Assembly (NCBI GenBank): GCA_903895515.1
Contig: CAITUB010000008.1
Span: 1-49,923, forward strand
Length of the DNA stretch: 49,923 bases
Source: an uncultured Acidimicrobium sp.
Lineage (GTDB): Bacteria; Actinomycetota; Acidimicrobiia; Acidimicrobiales; Ilumatobacteraceae
Reading direction: 5' to 3'
Both the position numbers and the translations under genes were made by a program. Positions 35,900-45,022 of the stretch are shown here, one piece after another (the stretch's first letter is position 1; the number at the start of each line of letters is the position of its first letter). The notes beneath the pieces are model-generated. The model worked only from the letters and a program-made list of their open reading frames with translations. It was not told where the DNA came from and ran no database searches.

Positions 35900-38458
35900 A
35901 TGAACGTCCCCGAAAAGCCAACCCTCGACAACCTGGAATCCTCTCTCATCGAAAAATGGGAGCAATCGGGCGTCTACACCTTCGATCGCAGTGCATCGCG
36001 CGACCAAGTATTTGCCATTGACACCCCACCACCAACTGTCAGCGGTTCGTTGCACATGGGACACGTATTTAGTTACACACATACCGACACCGTTGCCCGC
36101 TTTTGGCGCATGCGCGGTAAGAGCGTGTTTTACCCAATGGGGTGGGATGACAACGGTTTGCCAACCGAACGACGAGTTCAGAACTACTTCGGCGTGTCGT
36201 GCGACCCAAACGTTGCCTATGACCCGAAGTTCACTCCGCCATTTCGTGGTGACGTGCCCAAGGATCATCGCGCAGTAGCAATTTCGCGTCCGAACTTCAT
36301 TGCGTTGTGTGTCGAACTAACACACCAGGACGAAAAGATTTTTGAAGACCTATTCCGCAGGCTTGGGCTATCGGTCGACTGGTCGTTGTTGTACACCACT
36401 ATTAGTGACTACGCGCGTCGAACAAGTCAGGCTGCATTCATTCGCAACTTGTCTCGCGGTGAGGCGTACGCGCAAGAAGCGCCAACGCTGTGGGACGTCG
36501 ACTTCGGTACTGCAGTTGCGCAAGCCGAACTTGAAGATCGCGAGCGACCTGGCGCGTATCACTCCATCAACTTTGCGCGCACCGACGGTTCGGGCAACGT
36601 CACCATTGCCACTACTCGCCCAGAATTAATTCCGGCTTGCGTTGCACTCGTTGCTCACCCAGATGACCCGCGCTACCAGCCACTGTTTGGCAAAACTGTG
36701 CGCACTCCTTTGTTCGATGTTGAAGTTCCTGTCGTTGCACACGAACTTGCTCAAATTGACAAGGGCACTGGCATTGCCATGATTTGTACATTCGGCGACC
36801 TCACCGACGTCATTTGGTGGCGCGAACTTAATTTGCCAACTCGGCCAGTGATTGGTCGCGACGGCCGCATTGTTGCCGACATGCCTGACTGGATTACGTC
36901 AGCAACAGGAACTGCAAACTACGCAGCACTCGCTGGAAAAGGCGTGAAGCAAGCGCAAACAGCAATCGTTGACATGCTGCGCACAAGCGGCGACATGAAC
37001 GGCGAACCAGAGCCAATCACTCACCCGGTGAAGTTCTTTGAAAAAGGCGACCGCCCACTCGAAATTGTGACCAGCCGTCAGTGGTACATCCGCAATGGTG
37101 GTCGCGACGAAATACTGCGGGCTGCATTGTTGAAGCGTGGCGACGAGCTTGCATGGCACCCCGACTTCATGCAACACCGCTACACCAACTGGGTTGGCGG
37201 GCTGAATGGCGACTGGCTCATCAGTCGTCAGCGTTACTTCGGAGTTCCGATTCCGTTGTGGTATCCACTTACCGCCGCAGGCGAACCCGACTTCAATAAC
37301 CCAATAATTCCGAGCGAATCAGACCTGCCGATCGACCCAAGTTCTGACATTCCTGCTGGCTTTACCGAAGCACAACGGGGATTCGCTGGCGGATTCATGG
37401 GCGAACCAGACGTCATGGACACATGGGCAACATCGTCGCTCACTCCGCAAATTGCGGGCCGTTGGATTGACGACCAGAAGTTGTTTAACAACATCTTCCC
37501 GATGGATGTTCGCCCACAAGCTCACGACATCATTCGTACGTGGTTGTTTGCCACCACCGTTCGTTCGCACTTCGAGCACAACATTGCACCATGGAAGAAC
37601 GCCGCGCTATCTGGATGGATTCTTGACCCAGACCGCAAAAAGATGTCGAAGTCAAAGGGCAACGTCGTAACACCAATCGATTTGTTTGAGCAGTACGGCA
37701 GCGATGCAGTTCGCTACTGGGCAGCAAGTGCTCGCCCTGGAGTTGACACCGCATTCAGCGAAGACCAAATGAAGGTTGGCCGCAAGCTTGCGACAAAATT
37801 GTTGAACGTCACCAAGTTTGTCCTCGGCTTCGGTGAGGCAAACCCAACTGCCACTCCAACAGAAGCAGTTGACATTGCCATGCTCGCCCGCTTGGCATCA
37901 GTTGTTGACGAAGCAACTACTGCTTTCGAAACATATGACTATGCACGAGCGCTCGAGAAGTCCGAATCATTCTTCTGGTGGTTCTGCGACGACTATGTAG
38001 AACTCGTGAAAACTCGCGCATATTCGGAAGGCACTGGTTCAGATTCTGCTCGTGCAGCGTTGCAACGCGCACTTAGCACTCTGCAGCGATTGTTCGCACC
38101 GCACATTCCATTTGCAACCGAAGAGGTGTGGAGTTGGTGGCAAACCGGAAGCATTCACCGTGCATCGTGGCCAACACGTGCAGACTTGCTTGGCGGAACT
38201 TCGACTGTTGAAGCAACCGAAGACTTGCTGGACGCGGTATGTAACGTGCTCGCTGTCATTCGCCGTACCAAAACCGAGGCAAAAGTTTCACAACGCGCCG
38301 AAGTTGAACATGTGCTCGTTTCTGCAACTGATACACAAGTATCACTTTTGCAATTGGGTCTCGTTGACTTGCTGAACGCTGGTGTTGCTCAAGAGATTGA
38401 GTTCGTCGCGCATACAAGTGAGCACATTTCAACAACCGTTCGCTTGTTGGCCCAATGA
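35900..38458 (+). CDS. valS: valine--tRNA ligase
   Basis: PPPTVSGSLHMGHVFSYTHTD (HIGH-type), KMSKSKGN. 852 aa. Confidence 0.9.
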   Translation: MNVPEKPTLDNLESSLIEKWEQSGVYTFDRSASRDQVFAIDTPPPTVSGSLHMGHVFSYTHTDTVARFWRMRGKSVFYPMGWDDNGLPTERRVQNYFGVSCDPNVAYDPKFTPPFRGDVPKDHRAVAISRPNFIALCVELTHQDEKIFEDLFRRLGLSVDWSLLYTTISDYARRTSQAAFIRNLSRGEAYAQEAPTLWDVDFGTAVAQAELEDRERPGAYHSINFARTDGSGNVTIATTRPELIPACVALVAHPDDPRYQPLFGKTVRTPLFDVEVPVVAHELAQIDKGTGIAMICTFGDLTDVIWWRELNLPTRPVIGRDGRIVADMPDWITSATGTANYAALAGKGVKQAQTAIVDMLRTSGDMNGEPEPITHPVKFFEKGDRPLEIVTSRQWYIRNGGRDEILRAALLKRGDELAWHPDFMQHRYTNWVGGLNGDWLISRQRYFGVPIPLWYPLTAAGEPDFNNPIIPSESDLPIDPSSDIPAGFTEAQRGFAGGFMGEPDVMDTWATSSLTPQIAGRWIDDQKLFNNIFPMDVRPQAHDIIRTWLFATTVRSHFEHNIAPWKNAALSGWILDPDRKKMSKSKGNVVTPIDLFEQYGSDAVRYWAASARPGVDTAFSEDQMKVGRKLATKLLNVTKFVLGFGEANPTATPTEAVDIAMLARLASVVDEATTAFETYDYARALEKSESFFWWFCDDYVELVKTRAYSEGTGSDSARAALQRALSTLQRLFAPHIPFATEEVWSWWQTGSIHRASWPTRADLLGGTSTVEATEDLLDAVCNVLAVIRRTKTEAKVSQRAEVEHVLVSATDTQVSLLQLGLVDLLNAGVAQEIEFVAHTSEHISTTVRLLAQ

Positions 38459-39714
38459 CCAAATACCAGCGCCCGCGCTCGCACTATGCGGTGCTGATAT
38501 TCAACATTGCAATTGCCGCTTCATTGCTCATCGTTGGTGGTGGCCTGTTGTATGCAGGCCAGCGATTGGGTGCTCGTCAAGTTGTCAGTTTGAATCGTGG
38601 CGACGATATTGCCGTCAACGAAGACGCCAATATCGCTCCATCAGACCAATGGAACCTCAGCGAGGGCGACCTCGAGGCAAAAAACTTCCTGCTCACCGGC
38701 TCCGATAATGGCAGCTGTGTAGACCCAAATTCCCCATATGCAGGGGCTTTTGGTGACCGCACATCATTCGGCGAACGCAGCGACACCATCATGATTATTC
38801 GGGTCAATCCGAAGGACAACCAAGCCGCATTTCTCTCGTTTCCACGCGACCTGTGGGTGAAGATTGCAGGATCAACACGATCGAACCGAATTAACACTGC
38901 ATTCGAACGCAAGAACCCCAACACGCTTGCTGACACCATTTATCAAAACTTTGGAATCAACATTGATCACTACGTCAACATTGACTTTTGCGCCTTTAAA
39001 GAAATCGTGGATGCCGTAGGTGGAGTAAAGGTTCCGTTCCTCTACGAAACCCGAGACAAGAAAACAGGTCTGTACGTTCCAGCACCAAGTTGCTTCGAGT
39101 TCAGCGGCGATCATGCACTTGCATACGTTCGTTCACGCTCTGGATATTCATACTTTGACACTGCAAAAAATACATGGGTCTCTGACGGAACCTCCGACCT
39201 CGGTCGAATCAGTCGCCAGCAGGACTTCATTCGTCGAGCAATGCAACGCGCACTCGACAAAGGATCGTCTAGTCCAAAAGTTGCAAACCAACTATTGAAC
39301 GCCGCGTTAAAGAACGTCATTACCGATGACCGGCTTACTCCTATCACCATGTTGCAACTTGCTCAAGCAATGCGCAATTTGAACACCAGTGGAATTCCTA
39401 CATACACAGTTGAAAGTTCTGGACAAATGATTGGCGATCAAGCCGTCCTTGTTCCACGAATTCAAAACGACACTATGCGCGAAATTCTTGCGCTATTCCA
39501 GGGCAAAGCAAGTTTTGCAACACCGGGTTCTGCTGCGAACAATCCTTCGCCGGATACCACTTCTGCTGAAGGTGCCATGGGAGCAATCATTTCTACGGTT
39601 GCCTACATGAATGCACAACCAAGTAACGGTGTTACTCCAACAACAATTCCTGTTGTTGCACCAGAACAAAACTCGTACGGCATTTCGCCACCAAACGACC
39701 CAAGCTGTCGTTAG
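38455..39714 (+). CDS. LCP family (LytR-CpsA-Psr) cell-envelope phosphotransferase
   Basis: N-terminal TM anchor, SDTIMIIRVNP, FLSFPRDLWV, NRINTAF. ATGA overlap with the valS stop. Confidence 0.82.
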   Translation: MTKYQRPRSHYAVLIFNIAIAASLLIVGGGLLYAGQRLGARQVVSLNRGDDIAVNEDANIAPSDQWNLSEGDLEAKNFLLTGSDNGSCVDPNSPYAGAFGDRTSFGERSDTIMIIRVNPKDNQAAFLSFPRDLWVKIAGSTRSNRINTAFERKNPNTLADTIYQNFGINIDHYVNIDFCAFKEIVDAVGGVKVPFLYETRDKKTGLYVPAPSCFEFSGDHALAYVRSRSGYSYFDTAKNTWVSDGTSDLGRISRQQDFIRRAMQRALDKGSSSPKVANQLLNAALKNVITDDRLTPITMLQLAQAMRNLNTSGIPTYTVESSGQMIGDQAVLVPRIQNDTMREILALFQGKASFATPGSAANNPSPDTTSAEGAMGAIISTVAYMNAQPSNGVTPTTIPVVAPEQNSYGISPPNDPSCR

Positions 39715-40559
39715 TCAAGAACGCGACGCATTGCGTCGGGAATATCACTTGGCCCACTCACCGTTGTAAAACGGGCTCCAACAGAATCTGCAAACACTCG
39801 CGCCTCTGCATCATCTTCTAACGGCGCAATGATTACAAGTTCGTCCAATGACTTCGCTGCGGCTCGCGCATCGCCATCAACAGTTGCTCGACAATCAGAC
39901 AACAGCACAGTGATTCTCCGTGATGCTCGTGAGCGTGCAAGTTGTTCTCGTGATGCATGCAATGCCCCGGCCAAGTCGGTGGTACCAAACCCGCGAAGCG
40001 CAAGCACGGTGTTCACCACGTCATCGCCAGACTTATGAACGTCTTGTGACTTCGCCGCAATTACGTCTTTTCCGAATACCAGCACGCTGTAGTCAGCTGG
40101 CTCACGGGCAGCAATAGAGGCTGCAGCCATTGCCGAATTAGCAAGTGGCTTGCCGCCCATCGAGCCACTGCGGTCGACCACAAGACTGATTGCTGTGCCT
40201 GGTCGTAGCCATCCGCGCACACGTAATTCATCGGCATCTACTACACCAGTTGCGCGCAATTCGTTTAGCGCATCCAAGCTTGCATCAATATCAATGTCGC
40301 CAGCATCGGGTTGATATTTGCGCAGCGACATTTTCCCAATTCCGCGCGGTCGAGGTTTTCCACTTTGTGCCAGTTCAATCAAAATTCGTCCGGCCAGTTT
40401 TCGTGCGAGTTCACGTAATGCAGGGTCGGTTGCAGCTGTTAAGTCGGCAAGCATCGACAACGTTTCATCTGGCGAATTCTGCATCGCCTCATCGAAAGCA
40501 ACTTCGTCAAGTTCGCCAACTTCAGGAGAGATCTCTTCAAACCCTGAGTGCTTCGACAA
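39711..40559 (-). CDS. VWA domain protein (MoxR partner)
   Basis: MIDAS motif VVDRSGSMGG. 282 aa. TTG start without a clear SD, so the start is uncertain. Confidence 0.72.
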   Translation of the reverse strand: MSKHSGFEEISPEVGELDEVAFDEAMQNSPDETLSMLADLTAATDPALRELARKLAGRILIELAQSGKPRPRGIGKMSLRKYQPDAGDIDIDASLDALNELRATGVVDADELRVRGWLRPGTAISLVVDRSGSMGGKPLANSAMAAASIAAREPADYSVLVFGKDVIAAKSQDVHKSGDDVVNTVLALRGFGTTDLAGALHASREQLARSRASRRITVLLSDCRATVDGDARAAAKSLDELVIIAPLEDDAEARVFADSVGARFTTVSGPSDIPDAMRRVLD

Positions 40560-40627
40560 TTCTTTGCGTGATGTGGTGCGCTTGCTCGCCTGTTGCGCTG
40601 CCTGTTCGGCCTGCGCGCCTTCTTTAA

Positions 40628-41572
40628 CTAACGGGAGTTCGTTGCCCCAGTCGGGGCGCCAGCTTTTCCCGCGTCGCCGTCTTCCGCTTTCACGCCAAAC
40701 ACATCTGCGAAAATTTCACTAATCACTTCTTCTGCGGTGCGCACACTTCCCTCGCGCAACTTCACCCGACCTGTAAGCGCCACAAGCGCGCTGTCTAATC
40801 CAATTGAGGTGGTTTCAACCGACGCATTACGCATCGCCGACAAACTCGCAGCAACAACTGCCGTATCAATTGCACCACGAACCGATGAACCAAAACGCAA
40901 GTCGGAATGATTCCGCGTGCGTCGTACCATTTCCACTACTTGGCCAACCCAGTCGCGCGACACCTTTGACTTGCTGTTCTGTTTCGTGGTTTCGCGAATC
41001 ACGATTTCTACTTCGTCTGTCGCACTTTGATATGTCATTGCAACGCGGCACACGCGGTCGTACACCGCACTCGAAATACGTGCTGTGCCCACAGCATCAA
41101 ACGGGTTCATTGCCGCAACAAGTCGAAAACCAGCAGCGCTTTTCACGGTGCCAAGTCGTGGAACCGTAATTTCACCTTCGCTCATCACGGTGATGAGCAC
41201 GTTCAATGTTTCTTCCGGAATGCGGTTGATTTCTTCTACGTACAACAACGAACCATCACGCAATGCCGACACCAGTGGTCCATCAACAAACACATCCGCG
41301 CTGTAGCCATCCGTCAGCACTCGCGCAGGGTCGAAGTGTCCGACTAAACGTGCTGGAGTGAGTTCGGCATTGCCTTCAACAAAGGCGAACCCAACGCCAA
41401 GTGCTTCGGCAACAGATCGTAAAAGCGTTGATTTTCCTGTGCCCGGAGGGCCTTCCAACAAGATGTGGCGACCACCATGCAATGCAGCGACGACAAGTTC
41501 TAGTTCGCGCGCGCGACCAACAACCGAAGCTGCCGAAACGCGAAGAACGTCGCTTGCCGACGCTGCTGCCAT
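40628..41572 (-). CDS. MoxR-family AAA+ ATPase
   Basis: HILLEGPPGTGKST (Walker A), LLYVEEINR (Walker B), AAMNP. 314 aa. Confidence 0.88.
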   Translation of the reverse strand: MAAASASDVLRVSAASVVGRARELELVVAALHGGRHILLEGPPGTGKSTLLRSVAEALGVGFAFVEGNAELTPARLVGHFDPARVLTDGYSADVFVDGPLVSALRDGSLLYVEEINRIPEETLNVLITVMSEGEITVPRLGTVKSAAGFRLVAAMNPFDAVGTARISSAVYDRVCRVAMTYQSATDEVEIVIRETTKQNSKSKVSRDWVGQVVEMVRRTRNHSDLRFGSSVRGAIDTAVVAASLSAMRNASVETTSIGLDSALVALTGRVKLREGSVRTAEEVISEIFADVFGVKAEDGDAGKAGAPTGATNSR

Positions 41573-41584
41573 GAGTGTGACTAA

Positions 41585-42697
41585 CTAGTCGAACTTGATA
41601 ACGCCACGGATGTTTTCTCCGTCACGCATTGCTCGGTAACCCTCGTTGATGTCGCTCAGTTTGTATTCCTTGGTGACAAGACCGTCGAGGTCGAGCTGAC
41701 CTTCGCGATACAGGCCCATCAACTTTGGAATGTCGGAACGTGGGTTGCCCGAACCAAACAGCGAACCAACCAACTGCTTTTCCATCAAGGTGAGATCGAG
41801 CAAGCTCATGCCTGCACCAAACTCTGCTGCCGGGTGAATGTTGGTTACAACAACACGACCACGTTTTGCGGTGAGTGCCATTGCTTCGTGAATAACAGCG
41901 CCGTTACCAACGCCCATGGTCATAATCACTTTGTTGGCCATGGTTCCCCATGTCAATTCTTGCAACAGAGGCAACGCTTCAGCCATCGAGTTTGCAGTAT
42001 GTGTTGCACCAAACTCCATTGCCTTTTCGCGCTTGAACTCCACTGGGTCAATTGCAACAATGCGCTTTGCACCAGCAATACGAGCACCCTGAATAGCGTT
42101 GGCACCAATTCCACCGGCACCCACAACGACAACTGTGTCGCCAGGTTTTACTTCTGCTGCATACACGCTTGAGCCCCAACCGGTAACTACACCACAACCG
42201 AGCAAACATGCGCGGTCAAGAGGCACATCTTTTTCAATCTTGATGCAACTTGCTTCGTGCACAACCGTGTGTTCAGCAAACGTTCCAAGGAGGCACATGA
42301 TGCCAACGTCTTTCCCACCGGCGTGGTGACGCGATGTCTGATCACTAATTTGCTTTCCTGTTGCCATATACGCACCAAGGTCGCACAAGTTTTGGTGACC
42401 AGTGCTGCAGCTCACGCAACGACCACATGACGGAATGAATCCGAACACCACGTGATCGCCCGGTGCCAACCAACTGACATTCGATCCAACTTGTTGCACA
42501 ACACCAGCACCTTCGTGACCACCGATAATTGGAAGTTCAAATGGCAAGTCGCCAGTAACCACGTGCTCATCGCTATGGCACATGCCGGAAGCGGCAAGCT
42601 TGACCAACACTTCGTTTGGACCCGGCGCATCAAGTTCAATTTCTTCGATTGTCCATGGAGCATTCAGCTCCCACAACACTGCTGCCTTCGTCTTCAC
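41585..42697 (-). CDS. Zn-dependent alcohol dehydrogenase, NDMA-dependent / mycofactocin-associated type
   Basis: MKTKAAVLWELNAPWTIEEIELD, GMCHSDEH catalytic Zn site, structural CGRCVSCSTG, VVVVGAGGIG Rossmann motif. GTG start with GAGGGGG SD. Divergent from mftA. Confidence 0.8.
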   Translation of the reverse strand: MKTKAAVLWELNAPWTIEEIELDAPGPNEVLVKLAASGMCHSDEHVVTGDLPFELPIIGGHEGAGVVQQVGSNVSWLAPGDHVVFGFIPSCGRCVSCSTGHQNLCDLGAYMATGKQISDQTSRHHAGGKDVGIMCLLGTFAEHTVVHEASCIKIEKDVPLDRACLLGCGVVTGWGSSVYAAEVKPGDTVVVVGAGGIGANAIQGARIAGAKRIVAIDPVEFKREKAMEFGATHTANSMAEALPLLQELTWGTMANKVIMTMGVGNGAVIHEAMALTAKRGRVVVTNIHPAAEFGAGMSLLDLTLMEKQLVGSLFGSGNPRSDIPKLMGLYREGQLDLDGLVTKEYKLSDINEGYRAMRDGENIRGVIKFD

Positions 42698-42818
42698 ACT
42701 GACCCCCTCGTCATGGTCGCCAAGCGCAGGGTGCGCCAGCGAGTTACTGGCTCTATTGTTGCCCAGCCATCGGCGCTGACGCTACCCCGAGCCCGCAGCC
42801 TGAGTACTGTGGACGGTG

Positions 42819-42968
42819 ATGGACACCACAGCACCACTAGCCGTTGATACCGCCCAGGCCCAGACTGCAAGCCACGACAGCGTTTCCTCGGCAACCACCA
42901 CACCGCACATCGTTGAAGAACTCCTCGTTGAGGAAATTTCCATCGACGGCATGTGTGGTGTGTACTAA
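42819..42968 (+). CDS. mftA: mycofactocin precursor peptide MftA
   Basis: Not in the ORF track (49 codons). My translation is MDTTAPLAVDTAQAQTASHDSVSSATTTPHIVEELLVEEISIDGMCGVY followed by TAA. The C-terminal IDGMCGVY signature is present and the ORF ends 17 nt upstream of mftB. An alternative in-frame GTG start lies at 42816. Confidence 0.9.
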   Translation: MDTTAPLAVDTAQAQTASHDSVSSATTTPHIVEELLVEEISIDGMCGVY

Positions 42969-42985
42969 CCCGCAGACGTTTCACT

Positions 42986-43255
42986 ATGACCGTCACCCTG
43001 GATTCAGCGTGTGAGTTGCACCCTCAAGTTGCACTTCGTCCTGAACCATTCGGAGCACTTGCCTATCACTATGGCAATCGCAAACTTGTTTTTTTGAAAC
43101 ACCCAGACGTCGTTGCTGTTCTGCGCGATGTTGCTGCACACGACACACTCGCCGACACGTTGGTTGCACACAATGTTGCACCAGAACGTTGGAATTCATT
43201 TGTGAGCGCACTCAGCTCACTTGAGACATCGGAGATTATTCGTGTCCGTCAGTAA
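42986..43255 (+). CDS. mftB: mycofactocin biosynthesis chaperone MftB (RRE/PqqD-like)
   Basis: LHPQVALRPEPFGALAYHYGNRKLVFLK carries the RPExFGAL signature. ATG at 42986 is preferred. The track start at 42953 (GTG) overlaps the last codons of mftA. Confidence 0.9.
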   Translation: MTVTLDSACELHPQVALRPEPFGALAYHYGNRKLVFLKHPDVVAVLRDVAAHDTLADTLVAHNVAPERWNSFVSALSSLETSEIIRVRQ

Positions 43256-44363
43256 CTTAACCACACAACTCAAGGGCGGGCTTGACGCGCCAATTTGTTT
43301 GACATGGGAACTCACCTATGCATGCAACTTGCAATGCATCCATTGTTTGTCCAGTAGCGGTCGTCGCGACCCGCGAGAGCTTGACACTGATCAAGTGAAG
43401 AACGTTCTTGACCAGTTACGCGACTTGCAAGTGTTCTACATCAACATCGGTGGCGGCGAGCCAATGATTCGCAAAGACTTCTTCGAGATTCTTGAACATG
43501 CCGAGCACAACAACATTGGCGTGAAGTTTTCCACCAACGGCACTTACATCACTGCAGAAAATGCGAAGCGCCTTGCTTCCATGAACTACCTCGATATTCA
43601 AATCAGCATGGACGGCGTCGACCGTGCAACAAATGACGCCGTGCGCGGTGAAGGTTCGTTTGACACATCTATTGCTGCCATGAACCACTTGCGTGATGCA
43701 AACTTTGGACCGTTCAAAATTTCCGTAGTGATGACCCGACACAACGTTGATCAGCTCGATGCTTTCAAGCAACTTGCCGATAGCTACGGCGCGCAACTGC
43801 GTATCACGCGCTTGCGTCCTGCCGGTCGTGGTGCAGATACATGGAATGAATTGCACCCAACTCAGGCACAGCAACGACAGATCTACAACTGGCTTATTGC
43901 ACATGGCGACAACGTGCTTACTGGCGACTCGTTTTTCCATCTCAATGCATTTGGTGAATCGCTTCCAGGTTTGAACTTATGTGGCGCTGGTCGCGTGGTG
44001 TGCCTCATCGACCCAATTGGCGATGTGTATGCATGCCCGTTTGTGATTCACGATCAATTCAAAGCAGGTTCGGTTCACGATGCGGGCGGCTTTGCGAACG
44101 TGTGGCGCAACAGCGATCTATTCCTCTCGCTACGCGAACCAGAGTCGGAAGGTGCATGCACATCGTGTGGCAACTATGACTCATGCCAAGGCGGTTGCAT
44201 GGCGGCAAAGTTCTTTACTGGCTTGCCACTCGATGGCCCAGACCCAGAATGTGTAATAGGCGCAGGCGAATCCTTGCTGAAGAACGCAACCGTGACCCTC
44301 ATTCCAAAACCGAGCATGGACCATTCGCGTAAAGTTTCGGTAACTATTGGGGGAAACAAGTAA
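43221..44363 (+). CDS. mftC: mycofactocin radical SAM maturase MftC
   Basis: GLDAPICLTWELTYACNLQCIHC (CxxxCxxC), SPASM cysteines CGAGRVVC...CPF...CTSCGNYDSCQGGCMAAKFFTGLPLDGPDPEC. Start is TTG 43221 or in-frame GTG 43242; both overlap the end of mftB. Confidence 0.93.
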   Translation: MRHRRLFVSVSNLTTQLKGGLDAPICLTWELTYACNLQCIHCLSSSGRRDPRELDTDQVKNVLDQLRDLQVFYINIGGGEPMIRKDFFEILEHAEHNNIGVKFSTNGTYITAENAKRLASMNYLDIQISMDGVDRATNDAVRGEGSFDTSIAAMNHLRDANFGPFKISVVMTRHNVDQLDAFKQLADSYGAQLRITRLRPAGRGADTWNELHPTQAQQRQIYNWLIAHGDNVLTGDSFFHLNAFGESLPGLNLCGAGRVVCLIDPIGDVYACPFVIHDQFKAGSVHDAGGFANVWRNSDLFLSLREPESEGACTSCGNYDSCQGGCMAAKFFTGLPLDGPDPECVIGAGESLLKNATVTLIPKPSMDHSRKVSVTIGGNK

Positions 44364-45001
44364 TGGACTTTTCATTGAACGGCGTTGAGCCGATTTATGT
44401 AGCGGGCGCAATTATCGTGTCCTACTTTCTCGGCACTATTCCAAGCGCGCTCATCGTTGCTAAGCGCGGCGGTGTTGATGTAACCGCAGAAGGATCTGGT
44501 AACCCTGGAACGTCAAACGTGGTTCGCCTTCTTGGTTGGAAGTACGGCCTCGTGGTGTTTGTATCCGATGTATTGAAGGGTTCTGCCTCGGTTGGTATTG
44601 CGTACTACCTCACACATCACTTCGGTGATGGTCTTAACGTTTCATACTTGGCGTATGCATGCGCATACGCAGCGGTGCTTGGTCACACGTTCCCCGTCAC
44701 TCGTGGTTTCCACGGCGGTAAAGGCGTGGCAACAGGTGGCGGGACCATGTTCGTGCTGTACCCAGTAATGAGTGCAGTGTTGTGCACCTCGTGGTTCGTA
44801 TTGCGCAAACTCACTGGCAAGTCTGCACTTGCTTCACTCATCATCACCATCGCAGTACCTGTGTATGTCATTGCCACTGTTGGATTCGGCGAACCAGACT
44901 CGTGGCAAATTGCTGCCGTACTTGGACTCGTTGGCATGATCATCATTCGTCACCTGCCAAACATTCGACGCATGCGCGCGAACGAGGAACTCGCCGCGTA
45001 A
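44363..45001 (+). CDS. plsY: glycerol-3-phosphate acyltransferase PlsY
   Basis: GSGNPGTSNV, GHTFPV...FHGGKGVATGGG, RHLPNIRRM. The ATG shares its A with the mftC TAA. Confidence 0.85.
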   Translation: MDFSLNGVEPIYVAGAIIVSYFLGTIPSALIVAKRGGVDVTAEGSGNPGTSNVVRLLGWKYGLVVFVSDVLKGSASVGIAYYLTHHFGDGLNVSYLAYACAYAAVLGHTFPVTRGFHGGKGVATGGGTMFVLYPVMSAVLCTSWFVLRKLTGKSALASLIITIAVPVYVIATVGFGEPDSWQIAAVLGLVGMIIIRHLPNIRRMRANEELAA

Positions 45002-45022
45002 ATTGCTCGCGCTTCCACCAAT

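Noticed and set aside
35624-36268. 214-aa minus-strand ORF spanning the cysS-valS spacer
   Set aside because: It overlaps the well-supported 5' ends of both synthetase genes, and the translation is Trp/Arg/His-rich with no motif.
42698-42818. Search for an MftR-type operator palindrome in the ADH-mftA spacer
   Set aside because: Only short, weak inverted repeats are present (GCCAG-7 nt-CTGGC; GCGC-5 nt-GCGC). These are not distinguishable from chance, and no mftR gene is present.
42953-42985. Upstream GTG start for mftB given by the track
   Set aside because: It overlaps the last codons of mftA. The ATG at 42986 gives a normal-length MftB (89 aa).
43416-43940. 174-aa antisense ORF inside mftC
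   Set aside because: The sense strand matches the MftC radical SAM/SPASM layout along its full length.
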